A DNA stretch of 64,000 nt from a virus. The stretch is from IMG/VR virus record IMGVR_UViG_3300036820_000008, positions 30,580-94,579 of that record; one strand, written 5' to 3'. Made by a program: the position numbers and the translations under genes. Below, in pieces: positions 1-9,553 of the stretch; position 1 is the first letter of the stretch, and each line of letters starts with the position of its first letter. The notes under the pieces were generated by a model. That model was not told the origin of the DNA. It saw only the letters and a list, made by a program, of their open reading frames with translations, and ran no database searches.

Positions 1-306
1 TAACCTTATACTTACCGCGCCTCAACTTTCTGCAAGTTACCGTGTAGTAACCGTCGGCAACGGACTGCCCTGATATTCCATACTGGTATGCAATCTCCAA
101 AGTACGTCTCGCTGTCTTGGCCGGATCGCCAGTTCCCAGTCCAACAAGCTCCGGCTCACCATAATTTTTCGCCAGGTAGTCTAGGGTGTCCTGCCCAGTC
201 ATTGGTTCTGTCAGGATGTGCTTCCCCATAATTCTCTCCGCCTCGACATACCATGATCCCCTGATATACGATGATGACACAAATGTAAGGCTTGGACCAA
301 GATACC

Positions 307-2292
307 TTACCTGTCTGGGTTTGTCTTGTGCCACCTGGCGGCCTCCAGGGCCATTCTCCTTCTTGCCTTTGGCTTGTTTGCCTCAATGACGGCACGCTGC
401 TCGTCAGCATACGCCGCCATCCATCCATCAACAGAGTTGCGGCTGAACAGACGGTGCACCATAACCTGATGTATACGGCTGACGCGATGGATGCGGGAGA
501 CGAGCTGTGTCTCTTCATCAGAGGTCCATAGAGGGTCCATGATAACAAGATCACTGCAGCAGGCGTCTAGGGTGATTGCTTCGCCGCCAGTCTTGCTCTG
601 TACGATAAGCACCCTCGCGTCATCATCAGGATCATTGAACCTCTCCTTGATTTCGACGCGCCCTCTGTCGCTCGTAGCGCCAGTCAGGCGTAGCACAGGT
701 GTCTTGAACTCCTGCTCTATGCACACAGACAAGAGATGGACGATCTGCGTGAAGTTGGATGCAACAAGCACCTTCTCGGGATGCCCTTCCCTCTCTAGCA
801 AGAATTGCAGAATCCAATCTACCTTGTTCGAAGGAAGGCCCGGAACAAATGTGTTGCCTTCCATGTATCCGTGTGCCGTAGAAAACTGTCGTAGCCTCGT
901 GATCTCCGCGAGCGTCCCGTTGGCCGTGAGCAGGCCGCCCCTAAGTTTGGCCTCGGCGAGAGCTGCCATGCTATTGTATGATTTGGTCTGTTTGGGGTCC
1001 ATGTCAAGCCATATGCCGTTCATGCCATCGGGATCATTCTCTGGCGGCACCCCTACGTACAGAATTGGAGGCAGGTCAGGGGCGGCCATCTCCTTGGTGC
1101 GAGCTAGATAATACGGCCGAATGGCTGCATCAAATCCTTCCTGGTTCAGTGGCTTTGGAACCTTAGCTCCTCCTGCCACCACTTTACCGTATCTCCCTTC
1201 CTCGACCCCAAAGTGATTGCCGGCAAAATTCCAGTAAGACCCAAAAACATCAGGACGACACCAGTTGAGGGTGCCCCAGCTCTTGGTCAGCTTGGATCGG
1301 AACGGCGTGCCGCTCAGAGCTATCGCAAGTCCCTGTGGCCGAAGCTGGTGACGTAGTTTCATAGCACCATAGCGCCCCTGGGTGATGCTTTTGCTACCAA
1401 CGTTGTACGTAGATGCAAGTAGATTGTGGGACTCGTCGATGACAATTGCATCCCACTTGCGTTTGAATAGGAATGGCCATTCGTACTCGGGCACAACTCT
1501 GTGAGGGTGATCCTGCTTGCACTTTCCGTACTGGAGCTTGGCCGTCCACCTTCCGCTGAAGTTGCCATCCTTGCTCCAGTCCTTGTATTCCTTGCACTGC
1601 TGGAAACGCTTGGCCCTGATCATCTCGTTGTTTATAATGAGCATGCACTGCACCTCAGGCCAGTTCTTACGGAACGCCGCGTATCCGTCCATAGCGTCCT
1701 CGCGCTCAGCACGGGAACCCTGCGCCACAAACACCTGCACGTTCGGTGCCCAGCGCCTCGTCTCCCTTTCCCAGACATTACGGGTGGCTGTGCGCGGACA
1801 GCCAACGAGGATGTCTTTACAGTCAGCCTCTATCAGGGCGGCCAATGTCTGCAGGGTTTTCCCGAGTCCTGGTTCGTCCCCTAGTATACACTGCCCTGCA
1901 AGCGCGATGAAGGCTGCGCCAGCTGGCTGATAACTCCTGTCCATCATAGCGGCGTGAAGAAATGGCGACTCCGACTCAACACGGGGGAGCCGGGCTATCG
2001 CGCCGTCGCGTAGCTGTTCAAGTGCCTCTCCTGCAGCTATGGCGGCACGAGCCCATATCGATAGGGCGGGTTCTACCTGCAGCTCGGACCCGAAAACACG
2101 CCGGAATGTTCGGCATGTGTCCATTGTTAGCGGATAACGCCAGTAGAGGAACATGTCTTTCTCTCTACCCTCTACATGCTCATACACCGGCTTGGAGCCG
2201 GGTATCTTTTTTGCCCACTCAGGTCCCTCCCCTCGAGCGTACGGTATGTCCGCAAGTACGTGATTGCCATCAGTCGTTATTCTTGCGCGCAC
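307..2292 (-). CDS. SNF2/DEAD-like superfamily 2 helicase
   Basis: Walker A GDEPGLGKT, DESH box, ALSGTP, GGEAITL, and Q..SRIHR motif VI. Confidence 0.92.
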   Translation of the reverse strand: MRARITTDGNHVLADIPYARGEGPEWAKKIPGSKPVYEHVEGREKDMFLYWRYPLTMDTCRTFRRVFGSELQVEPALSIWARAAIAAGEALEQLRDGAIARLPRVESESPFLHAAMMDRSYQPAGAAFIALAGQCILGDEPGLGKTLQTLAALIEADCKDILVGCPRTATRNVWERETRRWAPNVQVFVAQGSRAEREDAMDGYAAFRKNWPEVQCMLIINNEMIRAKRFQQCKEYKDWSKDGNFSGRWTAKLQYGKCKQDHPHRVVPEYEWPFLFKRKWDAIVIDESHNLLASTYNVGSKSITQGRYGAMKLRHQLRPQGLAIALSGTPFRSKLTKSWGTLNWCRPDVFGSYWNFAGNHFGVEEGRYGKVVAGGAKVPKPLNQEGFDAAIRPYYLARTKEMAAPDLPPILYVGVPPENDPDGMNGIWLDMDPKQTKSYNSMAALAEAKLRGGLLTANGTLAEITRLRQFSTAHGYMEGNTFVPGLPSNKVDWILQFLLEREGHPEKVLVASNFTQIVHLLSVCIEQEFKTPVLRLTGATSDRGRVEIKERFNDPDDDARVLIVQSKTGGEAITLDACCSDLVIMDPLWTSDEETQLVSRIHRVSRIHQVMVHRLFSRNSVDGWMAAYADEQRAVIEANKPKARRRMALEAARWHKTNPDR

Positions 2293-2942
2293 GCTTACGT
2301 CCTCTTCTGGGTGTTCCTTCGCCGAGTGTAGACACGAGAAGCCCTAGTCTATGCCTTGTCCAGTACAACCTATTGTATGCGTTTTCCATCGATTCTTGGC
2401 CAGCGGAGAAGTCCGAGTCAAAACGAACAGCGTGTGCTATTATCCTGATCTCGTCTGCTATAGACTCGGCCTCTGTGGCAGCGACAAGAAGGCGTTCGCG
2501 GTAACTCACTTCATTTTCTCGATGCGGGTGATATGGTGGCCCATTCCTTCCGGGCCATACATCATCTCGACGACCGCTTGTTCGCTGGCAGATACGATGC
2601 CGGTGTGGTGTTCACCGGTACTGTCAGTACACTCGTCCGAGAATGGGCAGCGGCCGACGATCTTGTTCTGTGGGTTATGCTTCGGGTTTCTCGGAAGCTT
2701 GATGGTCACCAGGAATACGTTGCTCACTTCGGTTCTTCTTTCTCGGGTATCAGCGTGAAGCCGTCAGGGAATGGTATCTCCATCCTCTTCGGGAAGTACC
2801 CGGCTCTCGGATAGTTAACTGGAAACACTCTTAGGTCCGCCCAGGACCCGTCCTCGGCAACTCTCTGGACTAGGCACCTGAGGCCGTTCCAGTTCCACTT
2901 CTGTCCCTTTATCACCGGGTCATACTTAGAGGGCATCTTCAC
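2270..2942 (-). other. Three small translationally coupled hypothetical genes (2270-2509, 2506-2727, 2724-2942)
   Basis: 4-bp stop/start overlaps; same strand as the operon. Confidence 0.65.
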
Positions 2943-3166
2943 TCTCCATGCACTTGTGCGGGATAGCTAGCGGAGGCATGCTATTGCATCCATCCTGGCT
3001 GCCGGGGTGATGATCTTTGCAGAACCTGCAATAGCGCAGAAGGATTACGCTGGCGTTTATGGCATTGGCTACCGTAGACAGGCTGTGGATGTCCATGCCC
3101 CATGCAGTCTTGCCATTAAGGTTTTGCATGAGGCTGCCGTTAGGCAGCCAGTATCCGTACCTCGGA

Positions 3167-3523
3167 TTAGGTACTTGCAGAGCCATCATTTCCATCCTCT
3201 TGCTCTGGAGGTGAAACAAATGTGACCCCGATGATGTACTCGGCGATGATGCCTGCTGTCGTGCGCATGCCGTGAAGATCCCAGAATCCTCGGCAGGAAG
3301 CTGGCTGATAGTTATCGTCCTTGGGCATGCCAGGTAGCGTGGCGTGGCATGTGAGTAGCGAGCTAGCTCGCAGGTTGCCCTGTACAACCTCGTGCATCCT
3401 ACGGGTGCCGAGGCTCATTATGTCGCCAGGCCGAAAGATGCAAGTTTTGCACTGTTCATTCAGCACCCTGACCATACCAGAGTCCTTGTCTATCACGTCC
3501 GACCAGACGTATCTAGCCTGCAC
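3167..3523 (-). CDS. Cys-rich hypothetical protein (possible Zn-binding)
   Basis: CKTCIFRPG...CH...CRGF pattern; fits the gene tiling. Confidence 0.65.
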   Translation of the reverse strand: MQARYVWSDVIDKDSGMVRVLNEQCKTCIFRPGDIMSLGTRRMHEVVQGNLRASSLLTCHATLPGMPKDDNYQPASCRGFWDLHGMRTTAGIIAEYIIGVTFVSPPEQEDGNDGSAST

Positions 3524-3882
3524 AGTCTTGCTCCTGTATTGCGACAGCCTGATCTACCAAGTCGTCCAGGAAACCGGTAGCCGCCAGAAACATAAGCGAC
3601 TTTTCGGCCATACGTCCCTGGTAAACGTACTTACTACCGTCCTCCAGCGTGACGGTGATTATGTCAGGCACGGGTTGCCTGGAAGTAATATGGAGCGACA
3701 TCTCTGTAGATCACACGGACCTGAAGATTAGCCTCAGACTTGCCAACGACCTGAATAGCCATCGGATTGTCCGGCAGGATATTACCGTCGATGATTTCAT
3801 GCCTGAGTATTCTTTCCGAGATGTCAGACATGATCATCCTTTTGGTATCAGATAGGCTAGTCATGGTTACCTGTCGTCCCAT
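3513..3882 (-). other. Two small hypothetical genes (3513-3701, 3664-3882)
   Basis: Tile the operon between 3523 and the ParB-like gene. Confidence 0.5.
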
Positions 3883-4711
3883 TCACGCCAGCGATACCGT
3901 TTTCTAGTATTGCTGGCGGCAGGAACTGAAGGTCCGGGGAGCCTGCGGTCATAAAGTCGACCTTCGTCGCCTTAGCCTCGTCCTGTCTGATGACTGTCTC
4001 CCAGCAAGCATGGCAAGCACCGGCGAACCTACGGCGCGTACCGTGCTCGCGAGCGTCGCACATCGTCTTGGCTTTGCGTGCCAGGGGATGAGATGGATTA
4101 AACGCATCCGGCTCCCAGCCTATATCGACCGGCTTTTTGCCGGTTTTCTTCCTGTCCTTGGCACGATGGGACTTAACCGCATCGACCGCCTTGTCTACGG
4201 AAAGCTTGCCGGACACGACAAGCCCCCGTGACTGGTCTGACAGTTCGAGCAGGGATAGATATCGGCTGATTGTCGTCTGCGTCACACCTAGTTGCTTCGC
4301 TATGTCCGTCTGGGACATACCGAATTCGTCTCGCATCCTGCCGAATGCATCAGCCTTCTCCAGAGCCGTTAGGTCCAGCTTGTGGATGGAGGTGATTAGT
4401 CCGGTGAATAGTGCGCTCTGAACCGGATCCTCGTCTTCACGGAGATACCGAATGGAGCATTCGAGGGAGCGGACAACGGTCCTGCCTGCGACCCAGCGAC
4501 GATAGCCATCGAGGATCATGAAGTGATCTCCGCCGAATTGCGGTGATGGCGTGACCAGGAGCGGCTGCTCGAGGGCTGGCCTCCCCTGGTCTACCAGGAC
4601 CTTAATGGAGCGTGCGAGATCTGACACGTCCCCGGCCTCGTGGCGTGGGTTGTTTGGGTTGGGATGTATCTGGGCTACAGGAATCATCCTGTGCTGATTC
4701 ATCGTGGCCAT
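3857..4711 (-). CDS. ParB/Spo0J-like protein with HTH
   Basis: IHPNPNNPR, LEQPLLV, ILDGYRRW, LTALEKADAF, and SQTDIAKQLGVTQTTISRYL (HTH); start moved to ATG 4711 after a GAGGAG RBS. Confidence 0.88.
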   Translation of the reverse strand: MATMNQHRMIPVAQIHPNPNNPRHEAGDVSDLARSIKVLVDQGRPALEQPLLVTPSPQFGGDHFMILDGYRRWVAGRTVVRSLECSIRYLREDEDPVQSALFTGLITSIHKLDLTALEKADAFGRMRDEFGMSQTDIAKQLGVTQTTISRYLSLLELSDQSRGLVVSGKLSVDKAVDAVKSHRAKDRKKTGKKPVDIGWEPDAFNPSHPLARKAKTMCDAREHGTRRRFAGACHACWETVIRQDEAKATKVDFMTAGSPDLQFLPPAILENGIAGVNGTTGNHD

Positions 4712-4751
4712 GTCTTGCTCCTCTGGGGTCGGGGTTGTTTCCCTGTCTGTC

Positions 4752-4789
4752 GTTTTCTGGAAAACGGGGCGGGGTGTTTTGGAGAAAAC
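4752..4789. promoter_or_regulatory. Two GTTTT-N4-AAAAC palindromes upstream of the ParB-like gene (operator or parS-like)
   Basis: GTTTTCTGGAAAAC at 4752-4765 and GTTTTGGAGAAAAC at 4776-4789. Confidence 0.45.
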
Positions 4790-4808
4790 CCTACTGTTAC
4801 GGCCGGAA

Positions 4809-5925
4809 TTACCCGGATTCCTTGCGAGAGGATGTGTGCTCTTCGCAGTTACCCTGTTTGTCGGTGGGATAGATGTAAAGGACATTAGCCACGACGGACC
4901 TTCCGTCCTCGGCCTGATACTTAACCTTCTTGTTGTTCTGCACAGATCGCAGAAAACCCATAGCCGTACCATCGGACACATCGAGGGCGATCACGAACAT
5001 CTTGCTCATTTGTACCACTCCGCGTGTTTCCAGATGACCTTGGGGTTACGCACGTAGTCGCTCTGATGGTCGTACCGGTCTAGCATGTTCTTTGCGGCTT
5101 CGATCTCGTACACGACGCCGAACAGAGTCTCTCCGATCAGGTTGGTGTACTCGACGATCCTTACGACAGGACCGGTGAAGCTGTCCTCGTCTCCAGGGTA
5201 GACGCCGCAATTGTTGATCAGGATGTCTACGTCTGCCCTATTGCTTATTGTAGCCATCCCTGCTCCACATCAAGATGCTCGTACTGCTTCTCGTACGCCC
5301 TCTGCTCTGCCTTACGAAAGTGCTCCTGCACGGCATTCTTCGCGAATAGGGCTGCGAGACCCAATGCTGAAGCGCCGAGTATTACGACTGATGAGATGAC
5401 GACGGTTTCCATGCCCTTGGGTCGCCTCCCTCCTCGTTGTGCAGAGCGATCTTCCTCTGCGGGAGTGGCTGGCATATCGCGCAACGTTCCTTTCCGTGAG
5501 CATGCGCTCGGCCGGGCTCCTTTGTTTTCTTGTTTAGCTTGATTATTCGGCGCAGAAGTTTAATGCTCGTTGCGCCACTGATGTCTCGCTTTTCCTGGTC
5601 GTTCCCGTTACGCTTGTGCCTGGCTCTGCGCGCCTGTGCGCCCGGCTTCACGTCGTCCCGGCCGGTCTGCGCCGTGTAGTTGGCGATTCTTTGCTCCAGA
5701 AGCACTTCTTGTCATCCCAATCAGTTCTGTGTTGTACCGTTGCTTCGCTTTGGCCGCAGCCCTGCAAAAGCTGCCGAACTCTGCAGTCGTCATGCCATAT
5801 GCGAGCCACTCTGGCAGGAATATGCCCAGATCTTGAAGGTCAGAAGTTATGTGTGCCTTCTGTTCCAGGGTGATCTGGCTATCTGAAATCAATTGCCCAA
5901 CCTCCTTCCAGAGCCCGGCTCGCAC
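4809..5925 (-). other. Run of small hypothetical genes (4809-5018, 5006-5257, 5245-5484, 5382-5705, 5608-5925)
   Basis: Overlapping tiling on the minus strand; starts uncertain. Confidence 0.55.
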
Positions 5926-5989
5926 CCTTTGGGACTGCTGCCCGTCGGACAGTAAGAATGCGAGCCGGACGTCTGGCCGGAGGTGCCGG

Positions 5990-6121
5990 CTAGATCAGGT
6001 TGAAAAAGGACTGCCTGTTCTGGAAGACGAGATCCATCTCCCAGTTGTTGCCGGCCTGGTCAGGGCCGTTCTGCCAGCATTGCATGCCGTGGGTCCCGAC
6101 GTACTGGCCCTTGCGATCCAT
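5990..6121 (-). CDS. 43-aa small protein MDRKGQYVGTHGMQCWQNGPDQAGNNWEMDLVFQNRQSFFNLI
   Basis: AAGGAG RBS upstream; below the ORF-track cutoff. Confidence 0.6.
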   Translation of the reverse strand: MDRKGQYVGTHGMQCWQNGPDQAGNNWEMDLVFQNRQSFFNLI

Positions 6122-6261
6122 ATTCATCTCCTTGCATCACCAGCGCTGTTGTTGAGCTGGTCTGCGGTCTATTTCCGTATTCAGTTGTATTCAGATCACT
6201 CCGCGTAGCTCGCTTCTATGCGCCGAGCCTACGCGGACTTGCCGGCCGCGCCGAGGTGCAT

Positions 6262-6297
6262 TCACATGTTCACGTTGAAGTAGTAGAACCCAATCAA
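6262..6297 (-). CDS. 11-aa micro-ORF (M)IGFYYFNVNM
   Basis: Perfect GAGGAGGTGA RBS before a TTG start; flanked by hairpins. Confidence 0.45.
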   Translation of the reverse strand: MIGFYYFNVNM

Positions 6298-6471
6298 TTG
6301 AATCACCTCCTCTTGCTGTAGTTAAGTTTGGATCCGGCCCGTGCTTGGGGGTATTGGCGCCATCTACCTAGCCGAGTTGACGCAGCACGGGCCGGAAGTT
6401 TGCAGAGACTTTAACTGGCGCTGTCCCAGTATGCGGAGTCGCTTCCATCATGCCAGACCATCTCGCACAGC

Positions 6472-7263
6472 TCAAGCAGCGCGGGTTCGCCTACCGGACC
6501 GAGTAGGTCGGCGACTCGCTGGTACTGTGCCTTTGCCTCTTCTGGCAGCAGGAACTTGTTGAACGCCATCGCTTTCCTCTCCGGCTTCCGCCTGTATGCG
6601 ATCCCATAGCTCACCCTTGCCAACCTTACCGGCGCAGGTTCGCCCCATCTTCAACACGCGGCTCGCGTACTTGGTCAGGTGAATGTTACATTTGTAGCAG
6701 TTGCCGACTTCTTTGCCATACAGCTCACCGGCGGCCTCGGGTCCTGCTTCTGATATGGCCAGTATGGCTGACCTAGCTTGCATGCCACGGACATTCTCGT
6801 CCGCGTGGCCCCCGATGACGCGCTTGACGAAAGTGTGTCCGGCCCACTTGCCTCTGTCAGGGTGATCGATTCGGAAGAAGTCAAAGTCATTGTTCCCGGT
6901 AATCGATTTGACGGCATAGTACCCTTCCGGGATGCCGTACCCCATGGCGTGGTATCCGACAGGAAGATTGCCATTGCCGGTCACCATATCGCTGGCTGCT
7001 TCAGCGGTAGGCTCCATGGTAACAGATACCCTGATGAGTAGAAGACGAGATATCTCTGCACTAGCCTCAGACAGTGTCATGTTGGCACGCGGAACGTCAG
7101 GATCGCTGCCGTCCGGCAGGAGGGTCATGTCCCTCTCCGCGAGGAGGGTGTTGATCAGATAAAGCTGCGGGTCGGTCATGCTACGCTCAGGTGCTGCCAT
7201 ATAGCAGCGCCTGGCCTCAGCGACCTTCTTGTGCTTCCCTTTGCAGTTTCCGCATGTGAACAC
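6472..7263 (-). CDS. Hypothetical protein with N-terminal Zn ribbon and C-terminal DUF6011-like Zn motif
   Basis: CGNC..H at the N-terminus; CYKC..HLT...S...MGRTC near the C-terminus. Confidence 0.7.
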   Translation of the reverse strand: MFTCGNCKGKHKKVAEARRCYMAAPERSMTDPQLYLINTLLAERDMTLLPDGSDPDVPRANMTLSEASAEISRLLLIRVSVTMEPTAEAASDMVTGNGNLPVGYHAMGYGIPEGYYAVKSITGNNDFDFFRIDHPDRGKWAGHTFVKRVIGGHADENVRGMQARSAILAISEAGPEAAGELYGKEVGNCYKCNIHLTKYASRVLKMGRTCAGKVGKGELWDRIQAEAGEESDGVQQVPAARRGKGTVPASRRPTRSGRRTRAA

Positions 7264-7836
7264 TGGAGGACTCCTACTCTACGCGGGCACTAAGCTAAGC
7301 GTACCGCGTTCCCGGCTCGCGCGCTACCCTAACGGCGAAAACCGCTTTACCGGCTAGAACACCCGAACTTGTGATTCGGGTATCGTACATTGCAATACGC
7401 GCAACTGCCGTTTATGGCATGCCAGAGTCTGGTCCAATTCCAAGTTGGCCAGATAGAGATGTATTTTTAGCCTTTCTCGCGGTGCCAGTTTCCTGTTGTG
7501 TACCAGCGCTCGAAGTTTTCGGGGAACTCCTGGTATGCTTTCCTGATCTTGCGCCAGCGACGCTTCCAGGCCCACCTATCGAAGTTGTACACCCACGTAG
7601 CGTACAGCATAGCGTAGACCTCCCTGATGTGCTGCATCATCATCCTTCTCCTCTCGTTCTCCATCTGAGATCGTTCAGGGCCAGCGAGAATGGAATGGCG
7701 GCATAAACCCATTCGCTGTTTCCTGCCCTGGCCTGCGAAAGCCTGAGCGACAGGAACCTAGCCGTGTTCACGCCTACGTGCGTAAGCTTGTTTCCCTCGA
7801 CCAGGTTCCTGTTGTTCTCTGCCAGGTTCCTGCGCA

Positions 7837-8082
7837 TCAGAACGAACTCGACCCTTTGGCGATCTTGCGGAATCTGTCGGCGAGTGTTCGCTCTCCCATT
7901 GGCCTTGGGACGGGCACTGACGTCAATTGTCTTGTCCTAGCGTTGTATCCTGCGTTGGTGACAGCCTTGGCTGCAGTTACTGGTGCGCTCGCCCCTCCGG
8001 TGAGCACAAAAGCGAACAAGTGCCATCCTTTGTGGAGACGCTTGTCCTTGCGTGCGATAGCTACCTGAACGTTGCCGCCCAT
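7837..8082 (-). CDS. Small membrane-associated hypothetical protein
   Basis: Hydrophobic HLFAFVLTGG segment; GGAG RBS. Confidence 0.6.
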   Translation of the reverse strand: MGGNVQVAIARKDKRLHKGWHLFAFVLTGGASAPVTAAKAVTNAGYNARTRQLTSVPVPRPMGERTLADRFRKIAKGSSSF

Positions 8083-8092
8083 CTCTTTCTCC

Positions 8093-9108
8093 CTAGAACG
8101 ATATCGCCCTTATCCAACCGTCTTCTCGTATGGTGTAGTATCCTGCTATGCTGACGTACGGTTGTTCGCACATCAGCTCGTGGAAAAGGCATTCTTCCAA
8201 ATCAATTCCTGATCCACGCTCATCGTCTGTATGCGCCATCCAAAACCCGGAATTGGGGTCGATGTACACGACATGAAGCTTGCCGAGGCCAAGATCAGCC
8301 TGGATTTTCTTCACCTGATCTATTGTCAAGTATGGCCTCTTTTAACGCAATCATTCCCCGAGAAACTCCCCGAGGATCCTGTGCACAATCGCTATCTCAG
8401 CGCGCGTAAGGTCTGTTATGGTGAATCCGTGGCTCGGGCCGTGCTTGTAGAATGTTACTCCATATCCCTGTCTTATGCTGTGCGGTTCTGGCTTGATAGT
8501 GACGTCGAAGCCATCCGTTACCTCTGGCTGTATTACGGGCTTCGGCTTGACTCTGCTCTTGCGAACCGGACGCGTTACCTTTGGCATGATTACTTCTTGT
8601 CCAGTGTTGCATGGTGCCTTACCGGACACTCGTCGTTTGCGTGTATCGCCCCGATCAGCGAGTCGAGGCGGTCATAGTACATGTCATCTGTGATCACCTC
8701 AGAGTTGAAGTCATTGTCGATGCGCTTCCCTGATTCCGTAGATAGCGCGTACTCCTCGCATTCGGTTTCATGCTGGGGAATACGCAGTTTTCTCTCTGCC
8801 TTTTTCTTAAGGCCAGCTTCGACATCTATGTTAGCCCATTCTGCAATCAGCGCCTTGAGGTTGAAAGCTTCTTGCTGGACATCTTCCGCTGACCTGTATA
8901 TCTGGAGAAGAGTCTCCTTCTTCTTGTCTTCGGTTTCATCCATGTAGCTGCCGTAACGCCATGATGTCTGTATATTGCGCAGACCAGACCGGATCTTCCG
9001 GATATGGGCTGACATGGCACGATCTTTCTCGGTCACATCACGAGATCGTCTGTAGGGCATTATTCCTCGCCTGCTCTCTGCATATTGGACATCGACGGCT
9101 TGCACCAC
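8093..9108 (-). other. Three hypothetical genes (8093-8329, 8351-~8588, 8590-~9062)
   Basis: Operon tiling; GGAG-type RBSs. Confidence 0.55.
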
Positions 9109-9373
9109 CCTGGTTCTTAAGCTGTCTCTCTCGGTTACGGTCTCCGGGTTCAGTCTTGGCTACCGTCCATCCTATTCCTCGCTGCACCGCCACCGAAAGC
9201 ATTCTTGCTCCTGTGCCTCCTGCGTGATGGGATAGTCTTGACTCTAGTGACTTTGCCCATCCTGTATAGTGCCTTGCGCGCTGTCGGACATGAATTGGTG
9301 AATCTAGGTGCAGCAGGTAAACTACGCCCATTTCGCCAGTATTCGGCTCGCCCCGTAGCGCACGATACGTCAC
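9038..9373 (-). CDS. GIY-YIG family endonuclease (leaderless)
   Basis: VYLLH...HYTG...RL..H..G.GAR...ERQLK; GTG start 6 nt after TACGAT. Confidence 0.82.
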   Translation of the reverse strand: MTYRALRGEPNTGEMGVVYLLHLDSPIHVRQRARHYTGWAKSLESRLSHHAGGTGARMLSVAVQRGIGWTVAKTEPGDRNRERQLKNQGGASRRCPICREQARNNALQTIS

Positions 9374-9379
9374 GGCCCT

Positions 9380-9395
9380 ATCGTACCTTATGCAA
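9380..9395 (-). promoter_or_regulatory. Promoter TGCATAAGG-TACGAT
   Basis: Same motif as at 17517, 18585, 22516 and 23504. Confidence 0.7.
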
Positions 9396-9553
9396 CGGGA
9401 ATAGCGCTACCCTATCTTACGAGCATTTTACGTGAAGGGTACTACTAATGTAACACCATACAGCCAGGAATATACCTACACCTTAGCCTCCGGTGCATGG
9501 CAACATGGCCATAGTGGCACGGTATGTCTTTGCGGTACCGTTTACCCATGCAC

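Noticed and set aside
4712-4981. N-terminal extensions of ORF-track calls (also 27724-27834, 42688-42750, 23498-23659)
   Set aside because: Better starts with an RBS or leaderless promoter lie downstream; the extensions overlap other genes or regulatory DNA
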